A stretch of DNA of 64,000 nucleotides from Nostoc sp. DedSLP01 (GTDB taxonomy: Bacteria; Cyanobacteriota; Cyanobacteriia; Cyanobacteriales; Nostocaceae), in contig JAVRCJ020000009.1 in assembly GCA_034530875.2 (NCBI GenBank), positions 32,001-96,000 of the forward strand, read 5' to 3'. The notes beneath the pieces were generated by a model. It was given only the letters and a program-made list of their open reading frames with translations, ran no database searches and had not been told where the DNA came from. A program made the position numbers and the translations under genes. Within the stretch, counting starts at the first letter, position 1, and the number at the start of each line of letters is the position of its first letter. Below, piece after piece: positions 42,469 to 53,114 of this stretch.

Positions 42469-44787
42469 TCATGCGCCGTTGGTCAAAGTGGCGTAAGACA
42501 AAGAGCTATCTGCAAAGAGAAATTTCTCAAAGCCAGTATTAGACAAGCTAATGGATGTTCCATTGTTGTTGAAACTGATGTTAGCTGTTTGAAATGTATT
42601 GCCAGAAACCACACCAGATACAACCACTTGAGAGCGATTAAAAGCTTTCAAATCCAGGGTGTCAAAACCGTCGCCGCCGTCAATACTTGCAGCACCGAAG
42701 CCTTTGAAGTAGTCATCGCCTGCACCCAGAGCAATTTTGAGACCACCACCGATAGTAACTTTCTGTTGAACTCCATTGAGGATACTAGTAGCAATTACTT
42801 TGTCATTGCCATAGCCAGTGTTAATGGTTCCTTTTCCGTAAATGCCGTAGGCAGTACCACCAATACTGACTGTCGCCTGTCCAGTGAGTAGATCGGAATC
42901 GCTACCAGTATCGATACTGCCATCGTTGAGGATGCCATAGGCAGTGGAGTTGTTGCCAAAACTGTTGCCATAACCTGCAAGCTTGTCGTTGCCTAAACCT
43001 GTGGTGATGATGCCATCTTTAGTGTTTTGGATACCTGTTCCGGCATCGACGTCGCCGATGCCCTTAATAGTAATGCCACCTTGACCGCTAGTACCTGTGC
43101 CAATGATAGTGTCATCTCCTTCTGCGGTATCCAATTTATAACTGTTGCTGATACCAGTGCCAATTCCACCTTTACCACCGATGGCATCAGTCTTGCTAAT
43201 GCCGCCGTTACCACCTGTACCAGTGCCAGCGATCGCGTCATTTCCACTGGCTGTATTGAGAGTGCCACTGTTGTTGATACCGATTCCAGAACCACCTAAG
43301 AGATTGCCACTACCGACATCATTAATGCCGCCGTTACCACCAATACCAGTACCAGCGATCGCGTCTTTTCCGTTTCCTAGATTGAGAGTGCCATTATTAC
43401 TGACGCCTGTACCAGTTCCACCGCTGAAGTTGCTATAGGTATAGCCGTTACGAATGCCGCCAGTACCAGTAGCAGTAATTGTATCATCTCCATCGCCTGC
43501 ATTCAGGCTGCTGCTGTTAACAATGCCTGTGCCATTTCCACCGCTACCATCGCCACCAGTAGCAGTACAAAGAATCGCGTCTTTTCCTTGCCCTGTATTC
43601 AAACTGCCACTGTTGTTGATGCCTATTCCATTACCGTCGTAAGTACCTATGAAGCCACTGCTAGACTTGCCGCCAGTACCAATACCAGAGATAGTGTCAT
43701 CTTCTTCCGCAGTATTAATACTGCCACTTTTGGCGATGTCAATACCTGTCCCATTTCCAACTTTGCCGATAGCGCCACCGCCAGCTTCGCCACCATTACC
43801 AGTACCAGCAATTGTATCTTTACCGTTCCCAGTATTAATACTGCCACTGTTAACTATACCGATTCCATTACCGCCTTCAGCACTGTCGCCGCTACTAGCG
43901 CTACCGCCGTTGCCACCAGTACCTATGCCAGTAATTGCGTCGTCTCCGTCTTCTGTGTACAGTTTGCCATTGTTGTTGATACCGATCCCAGTTCCGCCAG
44001 GGCCGCCGCTGTCATGCCCTAAGCCACCGTCACCGCCAATACCAGTGCCAGCGATGGTGTCATCTTTGCCCCCTGCATTCAAACTGCCATTATTAGTGAT
44101 GCCTGTTCCAGTTCCACCATCACCGCCGCGCTCGAAAATGTTGCCGCCTTTGCCTCCAGTACCAGTGCCAGTAATCGTGTCTTTTCCATTTCCTGCATTC
44201 AAACTGCCATTATTAGTGATGCCTGTCCCAGCTGTACCGCGGCCATCGCCGTAAAGACCTCCGCTGCCGTTACCACCAGTACCAGTGCCAGCGATTGTGT
44301 TATTTCCGTACCCTGCATCTAGAATCCCAGTGTTAAAGATGCCAGTTCCAACTCCACCTTTGCCAGACATTTCATCATTTGGGCTGCCGTTGCCGCCAGT
44401 ACCAGTGCCAGTAATTGTGTCATTTCCGTAGCCTGCATATAGACTGCCAATATTGGTAATGGCAATACCATCTCCACCGTTACCAGCGTTAGTGCTGTTA
44501 ACCTTAGTACCATTACCGCCAGTGCCAGTGCCAGTAATCTTGTCGTTTCCATTTCCTGCATCCACACGACCACGGTTGACAATACCAGTTCCATTCCCGC
44601 CTTGACCATTAGCGCCAATGCTGGCAGTAGCTCTACCTTTGATAATGTCATTACCTGAGCGCGTAGAAATTAAACCTCCAGTTAAAATATCGATACCGAT
44701 TCCAACAGAGGCATTTAACTGTTCGCCAGTTAAAGTGTCAATAGCAGCGGTGCCAATCAAGTTGGGTGGAACTGTAAGTCTAGGCAT
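42469..44787 (-). CDS. Glycine-rich repeat protein, RTX/beta-roll-like, probably secreted
   Basis: ~40-45 aa repeats GxGIxNxGxLxxGxGxDxIxGTGTGG; C-terminal GAGDD and GGDGFDTL; no Sec signal; GAGGA SD. Confidence 0.75.
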   Translation of the reverse strand: MPRLTVPPNLIGTAAIDTLTGEQLNASVGIGIDILTGGLISTRSGNDIIKGRATASIGANGQGGNGTGIVNRGRVDAGNGNDKITGTGTGGNGTKVNSTNAGNGGDGIAITNIGSLYAGYGNDTITGTGTGGNGSPNDEMSGKGGVGTGIFNTGILDAGYGNNTIAGTGTGGNGSGGLYGDGRGTAGTGITNNGSLNAGNGKDTITGTGTGGKGGNIFERGGDGGTGTGITNNGSLNAGGKDDTIAGTGIGGDGGLGHDSGGPGGTGIGINNNGKLYTEDGDDAITGIGTGGNGGSASSGDSAEGGNGIGIVNSGSINTGNGKDTIAGTGNGGEAGGGAIGKVGNGTGIDIAKSGSINTAEEDDTISGIGTGGKSSSGFIGTYDGNGIGINNSGSLNTGQGKDAILCTATGGDGSGGNGTGIVNSSSLNAGDGDDTITATGTGGIRNGYTYSNFSGGTGTGVSNNGTLNLGNGKDAIAGTGIGGNGGINDVGSGNLLGGSGIGINNSGTLNTASGNDAIAGTGTGGNGGISKTDAIGGKGGIGTGISNSYKLDTAEGDDTIIGTGTSGQGGITIKGIGDVDAGTGIQNTKDGIITTGLGNDKLAGYGNSFGNNSTAYGILNDGSIDTGSDSDLLTGQATVSIGGTAYGIYGKGTINTGYGNDKVIATSILNGVQQKVTIGGGLKIALGAGDDYFKGFGAASIDGGDGFDTLDLKAFNRSQVVVSGVVSGNTFQTANISFNNNGTSISLSNTGFEKFLFADSSLSYATLTNGA

Positions 44788-45360
44788 AATCTAAATCCTC
44801 GAAATTTTGGTTAGTAAGGTCAGTTTGCTCATCAAAATGAGCAATCTCTCAACAAATCCCCCTAATCCTTTCTTCAAAAGCTATTTAGCGATCGAGTCTG
44901 CTGTTGTAACAGCCAGTTAAGCTCAATCAAGTGCCAACAAGTTCATCAGATTCCAGGGGATTAAACCTGTTTTCAGCAGGTGGGTAGGCTAGCAAAAACC
45001 GCAGGCATCGCGTAATCTGAACTTTCTGTGCCTTTAACTAATGAGTCATCTCACAGACTAATAGCCATTTCCGTAGTCTGGAAATCACTTGATATTTATT
45101 TAGAAGGCAAGAAGATTTTATTATTACGTAAGTAACAGTATATTTACTAGTATTTCACAAATTAAGGCAATCTCTATAAAAGGCGTATTAGAATATATAT
45201 CCTTTACAATAAATAATAAAGATGACAGTTGCTTCAATTTGAGAGTGTAAGTTAGTTTAAGTACTTAAAAACTTATGTAAAGATGAAGGCTTCTACAACT
45301 GCACCTAGAGGGCAAGTAAATCGATAGAATAATGCTCTGTACAATTGGTGCATTATTTCC

Positions 45361-47724
45361 ATGACCGCCACATCTCCTGCTCCCTTTTCCCCTGAAGAAA
45401 TCGCTGCTGAAGGTATTAAGCCAGAAGAATACGCAGAAATTGTCCGCCGTTTAGGGCGTCATCCCAACAAAGCCGAGTTGGGAATGTTTGGGGTAATGTG
45501 GTCAGAGCATTGCTGTTACAAAAATTCTCGACCTTTACTTAAACAGTTTCCTACTGAAGGCCCCCGCATACTGGTAGGGCCTGGTGAAAATGCTGGTGTT
45601 GTAGACTTAGGTGACGGACTGCAATTAGCCTTTAAAATTGAATCCCACAACCATCCCTCGGCAGTCGAACCCTTTCAAGGAGCTGCAACGGGAGTAGGAG
45701 GCATTCTCAGAGATATCTTTACAATGGGTGCGCGTCCCATTGCCATTTTAAACTCGCTGCGCTTTGGTTCCTTAGAAGATGCCAAAACCCAAAGGTTGTT
45801 TGCTGGTGTAGTATCGGGAATCTCTCATTATGGTAACTGTGTCGGAGTACCTACTGTTGGGGGTGAAGTTTACTTCGACCCTGCTTACTCTGGTAATCCT
45901 TTGGTGAATGTGATGGCGTTGGGATTAATGGAAACGCCAGAAATTGTCAAATCAGGAGCATCTGGTTTAGGTAACCCTGTGTTGTATGTTGGTTCGACTA
46001 CCGGGCGCGACGGTATGGGAGGGGCGAGTTTTGCCAGTGCTGAATTAACCGAACAGTCAATGGATGACCGTCCTGCCGTGCAAGTGGGCGACCCCTTTTT
46101 GGAAAAGTCGTTAATTGAAGCTTGTTTGGAGGCATTTAAAACGGGTGCTGTTGTTGCCGCCCAGGATATGGGAGCAGCGGGAATTACCTGTTCTACATCC
46201 GAGATGGCGGCAAAAGGTGGGGTGGGAATTGAACTGGATTTAGATAAAATTCCTGTACGGGAGCTAGGGATGGTTCCTTATGAATATCTGCTTTCCGAAT
46301 CTCAAGAACGGATGCTGTTTGTTGCCCATAAAGGTCGCGAACAGGAGTTAATCGATATTTTTCACCGCTGGGGACTTCATGCGGTTGTTGCCGGTACAGT
46401 GATTGCTCAACCCATTGTCCGGATTCTCTACCAAGGTCGAGTAGCAGCAGAAATTCCCGCTGAGGCTTTGGCGGAAAATACCCCGCTTTATCATCGAGAT
46501 TTGTTGGCAGAACCACCAGAATATGCACGTCAAGCTTGGCAATGGACTGCTGATTCTTTGCCTAGTTGTACAATTGCTGGGATTGAAGTTCGAGGACAGT
46601 TGCAAAGCTGGAATGATATTCTCTTGACCTTGCTTGATACACCAGCGATCGCTTCTAAAAACTGGGTATACCGTCAGTACGACCATCAAGTACAAAATAA
46701 TACGGTAATTTTACCAGGCGGTGCAGATGCAGCCGTTATCCGCTTGCGTCCCCTGGAAGGGGGTAAGGGGACAAGGGAAAATGCCCAAAGTGGGGTTGCG
46801 GCTACCGTAGACTGCAATTCTCGTTATGTTTATCTCGATCCATACCAAGGAGCTAAGGCAGTGGTGGCTGAAGCGGCACGCAATCTTAGCTGTGTGGGTG
46901 CCCAGCCTCTGGCAGTAACGGATAATCTGAATTTTGGCTCTCCAGAAAAACCAATTGGTTACTGGCAATTAGCAGAAGCTTGTCGCGGTTTGGCAGAAGG
47001 TTGTCGAGAATTGGCAACACCAGTTACAGGTGGAAATGTCTCTTTATATAATGAAACCCTTGATTCCCAAGGCACTCCCCAACCGATTTATCCTACCCCT
47101 GTTGTGGGTATGGTGGGTTTGATTCCCGATCTCAGTAAAATTTGCGGTCAAGGCTGGCAAACAGCAGGGGATATTATTTATCTTCTGGGATTGCCCTTAG
47201 CATCTCAACTCAGTTTGGGAGCATCGGAGTATTTAGCTACCATCCACAGTACTGTTGCCGGAAAACCGCCACGAGTAGATTTTGACTTGGAACGTCGCGT
47301 ACAGCAAGTTTGTCGTGATGGCATTCGTAATGGTTGGGTACGTTCTGCCCATGATTGTGCTGAAGGTGGAATCGCGATCGCTCTGGCAGAATGCTGCATT
47401 GCTGGCAAACTCGGCGCCGAAATCAATTTAGAAATAGCATCAAATCACTCACAACGCTTTGATGAGGTACTGTTTGCTGAAGGTGGTGCCAGGATTTTAG
47501 TTTCTGTAGCACCAGAACAACAAGCAATTTGGGAATCCTACTTAGAGGAACATCTAGACAAACACTGGCAAAAACTAGGTAGAGTTGGGAATTCCAACAC
47601 AGATTTGGGGGTTTTAACCACTGACAACCAGACCTTAATCAAAGTTAATATTGAAGATATAAACGATCGCTATTTTCAGGCGATCGTCAGGCGTCTCGCC
47701 ATCCACACCACTACTCCTAGTTGA
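45361..47724 (+). CDS. purL: Phosphoribosylformylglycinamidine synthase subunit PurL
   Basis: [41 protein letters not shown]. Confidence 0.97.
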   Translation: MTATSPAPFSPEEIAAEGIKPEEYAEIVRRLGRHPNKAELGMFGVMWSEHCCYKNSRPLLKQFPTEGPRILVGPGENAGVVDLGDGLQLAFKIESHNHPSAVEPFQGAATGVGGILRDIFTMGARPIAILNSLRFGSLEDAKTQRLFAGVVSGISHYGNCVGVPTVGGEVYFDPAYSGNPLVNVMALGLMETPEIVKSGASGLGNPVLYVGSTTGRDGMGGASFASAELTEQSMDDRPAVQVGDPFLEKSLIEACLEAFKTGAVVAAQDMGAAGITCSTSEMAAKGGVGIELDLDKIPVRELGMVPYEYLLSESQERMLFVAHKGREQELIDIFHRWGLHAVVAGTVIAQPIVRILYQGRVAAEIPAEALAENTPLYHRDLLAEPPEYARQAWQWTADSLPSCTIAGIEVRGQLQSWNDILLTLLDTPAIASKNWVYRQYDHQVQNNTVILPGGADAAVIRLRPLEGGKGTRENAQSGVAATVDCNSRYVYLDPYQGAKAVVAEAARNLSCVGAQPLAVTDNLNFGSPEKPIGYWQLAEACRGLAEGCRELATPVTGGNVSLYNETLDSQGTPQPIYPTPVVGMVGLIPDLSKICGQGWQTAGDIIYLLGLPLASQLSLGASEYLATIHSTVAGKPPRVDFDLERRVQQVCRDGIRNGWVRSAHDCAEGGIAIALAECCIAGKLGAEINLEIASNHSQRFDEVLFAEGGARILVSVAPEQQAIWESYLEEHLDKHWQKLGRVGNSNTDLGVLTTDNQTLIKVNIEDINDRYFQAIVRRLAIHTTTPS

Positions 47725-48155
47725 AAAGAAAATGGAGTTGAGAGTCAGGAGCTGAGAATAAAAATCATAACTCCTAAGTTTTTACTCCTAGTGGCTAAAT
47801 TATGAACATTTGTGAACATAATTACGCTACTGTTTTAATGGATGGTTAAAGACTGATTAAGAATTTTGCCACTATCTAGCGACATAATTCCAGTGACTCG
47901 ACCACCAAATTTCAGATTTTGGATTGAGAGTACTTTTTCTGGTTCGTGTATCATCCGTCTCTAGCAGGTTAAACAAATCTCAAATTATCAAAATGCATTC
48001 CTTTTAGGATGCTGTCAATGCAAAAAACCCTCGTTACTCTCTACGAGGCGCCCCACATACCTTGCTTCCCCGCAGAGGTAAGCTACGGCTACGGCTACGA
48101 AGACAGCGAATCTAAAATTCCAAATTGATTGACCCCCATCAGGAGCAAAGCTAGC

Positions 48156-49655
48156 ATGATTTCCATTCATTCTGTCACTTCGGATGAATACCCCAGCCAG
48201 ATCGACAACCCAATGGATAGTTATGAAAATCATCCCGACAAGCCAGAAGAAGCTTGCGGTGTTTTTGGCATTTACGCACCAGGAGAAAACGTTGCTAAAC
48301 TAACCTACTTTGGATTGTATGCCCTCCAGCACCGGGGTCAAGAATCAGCTGGTATTGCTACTTTTGATGGTACTAAAGTCCACCTCCATAAAGATATGGG
48401 CTTAGTATCTCAAGTCTTCAACGAATCGATATTGGAACAGTTGCCTGGTAGCCATGCTGTTGGTCACACTCGTTATTCCACTACAGGTTCTAGCCGCAAA
48501 GTTAACGCTCAACCCGCTGTCGTCGAAACTCGCTTAGGTTCGTTAGCTCTAGCACATAATGGCAATTTAGTCAATACAGTGCAATTGCGTCAAGAGTTGC
48601 TAGAGGACAAATGCAACTTAATCACGACAACAGACTCAGAAATGATTGCTTTTGCGATCGCCCAAGGTATTGATGCAGGTGCAGATTGGCTAGAAGGTGC
48701 AATTAAGGCGTTTCACCGCTGCCAAGGAGCTTTTAGTTTAGTAATTGGCACTCCCAATGGTTTAATGGGCGTCCGCGATCCTAATGGTATTCGCCCCTTA
48801 GTCATCGGTACTTTACCAGGTAATCCCATTAGTTACGTTTTGGCTTCTGAGACTTGTGCTTTAGACATCATTGGAGCCGAATACCTGCGGGATGTAGAAC
48901 CTGGAGAATTAGTTTGGATTACCGAAGCAGGTTTGGCTTCCTATCACTGGAGCCAACAGCCCCAGCGGAAAATGTGTATTTTTGAGATGATATACTTTGC
49001 CCGCCCTGATAGCGTGGTACACAACGAGACTTTGTACAGCTATCGGATGCGTTTAGGGCGGCAACTAGCAAAAGAATCTCCTGTAGATGCCGATATTGTT
49101 TTTGGCGTTCCTGATTCTGGTATTCCTGCTGCCATTGGATTTTCCCAAGCTTCTGGCGTCGTCTACATGGAAGGACTGATTAAAAACCGCTACGTTGGGC
49201 GAACCTTTATTCAACCAACTCAAAGTATGCGGGAATCGGGTATTCGGATGAAACTCAACCCCCTTAAAGACGTGTTGGCTGGAAAAAGAGCGATTATCGT
49301 AGACGACTCGATTGTGCGGGGTACTACCAGTAGGAAACTGGTTAAAACCTTGCGTGATGCAGGTGCAGCAGAAGTACACATGCGAATTTCTTCTCCGCCA
49401 GTGACTCACCCTTGTTTTTATGGCATTGATACTGATTCTCAAGATCAGCTAATTGCTGCCACCAAATCAGTAGAAGAAATTGCCAAGCAACTCGAAGTAG
49501 ATAGCCTTGCTTATCTGAGTTGGGAGGGAATGCTAATAGCGACAGGAGAAGATACTAATAGTTTTTGTTCTGCCTGCTTTACTGGAAATTATCCAGTGGC
49601 CATTCCCGAGCAAGTGAAGCGTTCTAAGTTGATCTTGGAAAAGGTAGTGGTGTAG
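48156..49655 (+). CDS. purF: Amidophosphoribosyltransferase
   Basis: Propeptide then EEACGVFG, LQHRGQES, GHTRYST, VDDSIVRGTT; AGGAG SD before ATG 48156. Confidence 0.96.
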   Translation: MISIHSVTSDEYPSQIDNPMDSYENHPDKPEEACGVFGIYAPGENVAKLTYFGLYALQHRGQESAGIATFDGTKVHLHKDMGLVSQVFNESILEQLPGSHAVGHTRYSTTGSSRKVNAQPAVVETRLGSLALAHNGNLVNTVQLRQELLEDKCNLITTTDSEMIAFAIAQGIDAGADWLEGAIKAFHRCQGAFSLVIGTPNGLMGVRDPNGIRPLVIGTLPGNPISYVLASETCALDIIGAEYLRDVEPGELVWITEAGLASYHWSQQPQRKMCIFEMIYFARPDSVVHNETLYSYRMRLGRQLAKESPVDADIVFGVPDSGIPAAIGFSQASGVVYMEGLIKNRYVGRTFIQPTQSMRESGIRMKLNPLKDVLAGKRAIIVDDSIVRGTTSRKLVKTLRDAGAAEVHMRISSPPVTHPCFYGIDTDSQDQLIAATKSVEEIAKQLEVDSLAYLSWEGMLIATGEDTNSFCSACFTGNYPVAIPEQVKRSKLILEKVVV

Positions 49656-49898
49656 CGGCTGGGGACTGGGAACTGGTGACTGGGGACTGGGAGTATGAGG
49701 GAGTAGAGGGGCACAGGAAGAATAACTCTGAACTCCTCACCAGTACTCAGCACTCTTAACTATGAACTCCTGATTCAAAAGCCAGCATTCCCAATGCCTA
49801 CTCTGGCTAATTTTACTTGTGCGATCGCGTCTTTATTTAGTTAATACATTTCTTTTTTATTTTTGAAATAAACGAACTGAATCTGTCAGCAAAACTAT

Positions 49899-50180
49899 TC
49901 AACTATGTTCTAAAAACTCAACTTTGGGCAATAGCGGGTCAGTGACAACGCCTACGCCACTAAAGCCCCAACGTTTGAGCAAACTTCCCAACTGTGTACC
50001 AGGAATCGATTCTATAGCAAAGCGATTTGCTAATTCTCCTGCGTGGGTGTTGAGATAACTAAGAGCATCAAAGTTTTCCCGAAATAATAATAGATAACCC
50101 AGCCCATCAGTATTGGGACGGGCTGTTAGGTAACGGCCATCACTTTTCGAGCGCACTAGGTAATAGACTTCGGACAACAT
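49899..50180 (-). CDS. Conserved hypothetical protein
   Basis: 93 aa, YYLVRSKSDGRYL...LKRWGF, plausible cyanobacterial small protein downstream of the permease. Confidence 0.65.
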   Translation of the reverse strand: MLSEVYYLVRSKSDGRYLTARPNTDGLGYLLLFRENFDALSYLNTHAGELANRFAIESIPGTQLGSLLKRWGFSGVGVVTDPLLPKVEFLEHS

Positions 50181-50257
50181 GGAAGGAGTATGGAACGCAG
50201 GGACAGAGGGAATAACAAATGACTAATGACTAATGATTAATGACCTATGACTAATGA

Positions 50258-51310
50258 CTAATTCAGATTCTCTAGACGAATACGTGGGTCGGCAACTTTG
50301 AGCATTAAGTCAGCGATTAAATTACCAACAATTAGTAAAACTGCACTCATCACCAAACTAGCCATGACTAAATATAAATCTTGAGCCATTACAGCTTGTA
50401 AAGTCAATCGTCCCAAACCTGGCCAGTTGAAGAATTGTTCGGCGATAAATGCACCACTCAATAAACTAGCTAACTCGAAACCCAATAGAGTAATTAGAGG
50501 GTTTACAGCGTTGCGGAGAGCGTGAACGTATATTACTCGGTTTTCTGGCAGCCCTTTAGCACGAGCAGTTTGGATGTAATCTTGACGCAGAACATCTAAC
50601 AATTCGCCACGAGTGATGCGTTGTAAACCGGCAAAACTAGTAATTGAGAGGGCGATGGTGGGTAAAATCATGTGCCAACCAATATCGAGGATTTTACCAA
50701 ACCAATTGAGTTCCGAGTGATTGATACTTGTCATACCACCTACAGGAAACAACGGCGAGGTGATTTGAGCAAAGAAAAGTAGCAATAAAACGGTGATAAA
50801 ACTGGGAAATCCTTGTCCAGCGTAACTAATGACTTGTAAAATGCGGTCAGCCCAACGATTTTGTTTGATGGCAGCGACGATGCCCAAGGGAATGGCGATC
50901 GCCCAGGTTACAATCAAAGAAGCGATCGCTAGCAACAAAGTTGCTGGAACTCTTTCCCACAACAGCGATACTACTGAGCGTTTATAAGAAAAACTCGGCC
51001 CAAAATCGCCTTTCGATACAATATTCCACAACCACAGCCAAAATTGTTCCACCCAGGATTTATTCAAGCCCCAAAATTCCCGTAAGGCTTTAATTTGGTC
51101 TCTAGATTTTTTCGGGTCTGCTTCTAATTGGGTGACGAAATCTCCAGGAGCGAGCTGCATAACTAAAAATGAGAGTGCCGACGCTAAAAACAAAGTCAGC
51201 AATGCTTGCAACAGCCGCTTCATTATATATATAAAAGTTTCACTCGTAACTAGCCTAATCAGCCAATCCCAACCCGATGCTAAAGAAGTTTTCGTTGTAG
51301 TAGATGTCAT
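50258..51310 (-). CDS. Peptide/nickel ABC transporter permease (OppB/DppB-like)
   Basis: LAPGD, QDYIQTARAKGL EAA loop, HALRNA, FNWPGLG, DPRIR. Confidence 0.92.
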   Translation of the reverse strand: MTSTTTKTSLASGWDWLIRLVTSETFIYIMKRLLQALLTLFLASALSFLVMQLAPGDFVTQLEADPKKSRDQIKALREFWGLNKSWVEQFWLWLWNIVSKGDFGPSFSYKRSVVSLLWERVPATLLLAIASLIVTWAIAIPLGIVAAIKQNRWADRILQVISYAGQGFPSFITVLLLLFFAQITSPLFPVGGMTSINHSELNWFGKILDIGWHMILPTIALSITSFAGLQRITRGELLDVLRQDYIQTARAKGLPENRVIYVHALRNAVNPLITLLGFELASLLSGAFIAEQFFNWPGLGRLTLQAVMAQDLYLVMASLVMSAVLLIVGNLIADLMLKVADPRIRLENLN

Positions 51311-51487
51311 AACATGTTGTTTAGTTATTGGTTATCAATTGCGTTACCTTTCATGGCCAATCACTGAAGAAGTAGCAAGAGATGAAGCAGGCAAAAAGGC
51401 AAAGGGACACAGGAGGAAAGGAGAATAATTAATTATCGATACTCAATGCCCAATGCCCAATCACAAATGACTAATGACTAATCATAA

Positions 51488-52006
51488 TTAATATTCAACT
51501 AAAGTAATAATCGGCACATTTGGCAAATATTTGCGTCCTTCTAAATCTCGTAGCTCGATAATAAACCCAAATCCTACTAGTTCGCAGCCAATTTTCTGTA
51601 CCAAGTTTGCTGTTGCACTTGCAGTTCCGCCAGTGGCAATCAAATCGTCCACAATCAAAACTCGGCTACCTTCGTGTAAAGCATCTTGATGTACTTCTAG
51701 GCAGTCTGTACCATACTCTAGTTGATACTCAACTGAGTGTACTGCTGATGGTAACTTACCTCTTTTGCGAACGGGAATAAAACCAGCTCCTAGTTTATAA
51801 GCCAGAGGTGAGCCAAAAATGAATCCCCTTGACTCCATACCAATGACATAATCTACTGCCATTTCAGCTTCTATGCATTTTTGTGTTAAAAAGTCAATAG
51901 TATAGCGCAATCCTTCTGGATCGCGTAGTAGGGTAGTAATATCCCTAAATAAAATTCCAGGTTTAGGGAAATCTGGGATGTCACGAATCAGAGACTTCAA
52001 ATCCAT
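51488..52006 (-). CDS. apt: Adenine phosphoribosyltransferase
   Basis: [35 protein letters not shown]. Confidence 0.96.
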   Translation of the reverse strand: MDLKSLIRDIPDFPKPGILFRDITTLLRDPEGLRYTIDFLTQKCIEAEMAVDYVIGMESRGFIFGSPLAYKLGAGFIPVRKRGKLPSAVHSVEYQLEYGTDCLEVHQDALHEGSRVLIVDDLIATGGTASATANLVQKIGCELVGFGFIIELRDLEGRKYLPNVPIITLVEY

Positions 52007-52487
52007 AAAATGGGGTTAAGGGAATGGGGACTGGGAACTGGTGACTGGTGACTGGTGACTGGGGCAAATAGGGAGTGTGGAAAAGGTGGCAAGGGATAGA
52101 GAAAGCTTTTTATAATCTCCCCACATTCCCTTATCTCTCCCAATCCCCAGTCCCTAGTCCCCAGTCACCAGTCCCCAATTCCAAATACCTGAAAAATCGT
52201 ACACTATAATGTCATACGCTGGGGTGGAAGCTAAAGCTTGACCCTTGATTGACGAGAATTAGAATCTAAATCAAGCTAGAAAAGGTATAGGACTCATAAA
52301 TGAGGTGAATTTAAGTTATGTTTTAGAATTTTCAATTCAATATAGGGAATCCTTTGAGTAGTAACAAGTTAAGTAATGTATATATCAGGTAGTGATAACT
52401 ACTGCCACAAGTCTAATGTTCAAGTCTTAGCACTTATCTTAAATTTGTTTTACCTAGCCTGTTAAAAGCGTACAAGGTATTTATAGA

Positions 52488-53114
52488 ATGAACGTTTCTG
52501 CAAGTTTAACGCCGTTGAAAAGTCCAACTGAAGATTCACTGCCGATGATTCTGGACACATTACCAGATCCTGCGATCGCCGGGCAAACATGTCCTCGAAG
52601 AACGCGGTTGCAAATTGACCTTATTTTACTAGCTATAGAGGCTTTAGAACTTGGTGGTTCTGAAGCAATCTTGGCTTTTGCTCAAGAGTTAGATCTTAAA
52701 GGAATTGTCAAAGATAGGGTAAATTTATGGCGGATGCGTAGCTCTAACCCGCTACGCAGAGCGCACATTCGCCGCCCCTTAACTATTATGGAAGCTAAAG
52801 CTTTGGTAGTCATTGCTTGTTATATAGCGCGGCGTTTAACTGTCGTCATTCGGCAGTTATTAATGATATGCCAACAAATGGAAGAAAAGCAGATTCCCCT
52901 AGAACAGAATTTGCGGATATCTAATTATCTAGAGAGGTTTAGAGCGCATTTTAAGAGCCGGATGAATGCTCGACGTTCTGGTGTTCTGGCGTTAACTTCC
53001 GATCGAAAGTTAGATGAGCTAGCTATAAATTTGTTAGGACAATTGCTATTTTGTACAGGTACGGCTGGAATGCAGCGGTTCTGGATTAGTCTTTTTGACG
53101 GTGAGGTGGAATGA
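52488..53114 (+). CDS. DUF3038-like conserved cyanobacterial protein
   Basis: DLILLAIEAL, LWRMRSSNPLRR, LLFCTGTAGMQRFWISLFDG. Confidence 0.75.
   Translation: MNVSASLTPLKSPTEDSLPMILDTLPDPAIAGQTCPRRTRLQIDLILLAIEALELGGSEAILAFAQELDLKGIVKDRVNLWRMRSSNPLRRAHIRRPLTIMEAKALVVIACYIARRLTVVIRQLLMICQQMEEKQIPLEQNLRISNYLERFRAHFKSRMNARRSGVLALTSDRKLDELAINLLGQLLFCTGTAGMQRFWISLFDGEVE

Noticed and set aside
42589..44254. Several long plus-strand ORFs opposite the glycine-rich gene
   Set aside because: Shadow ORFs caused by Gly/Thr/Asn codon bias on the coding strand
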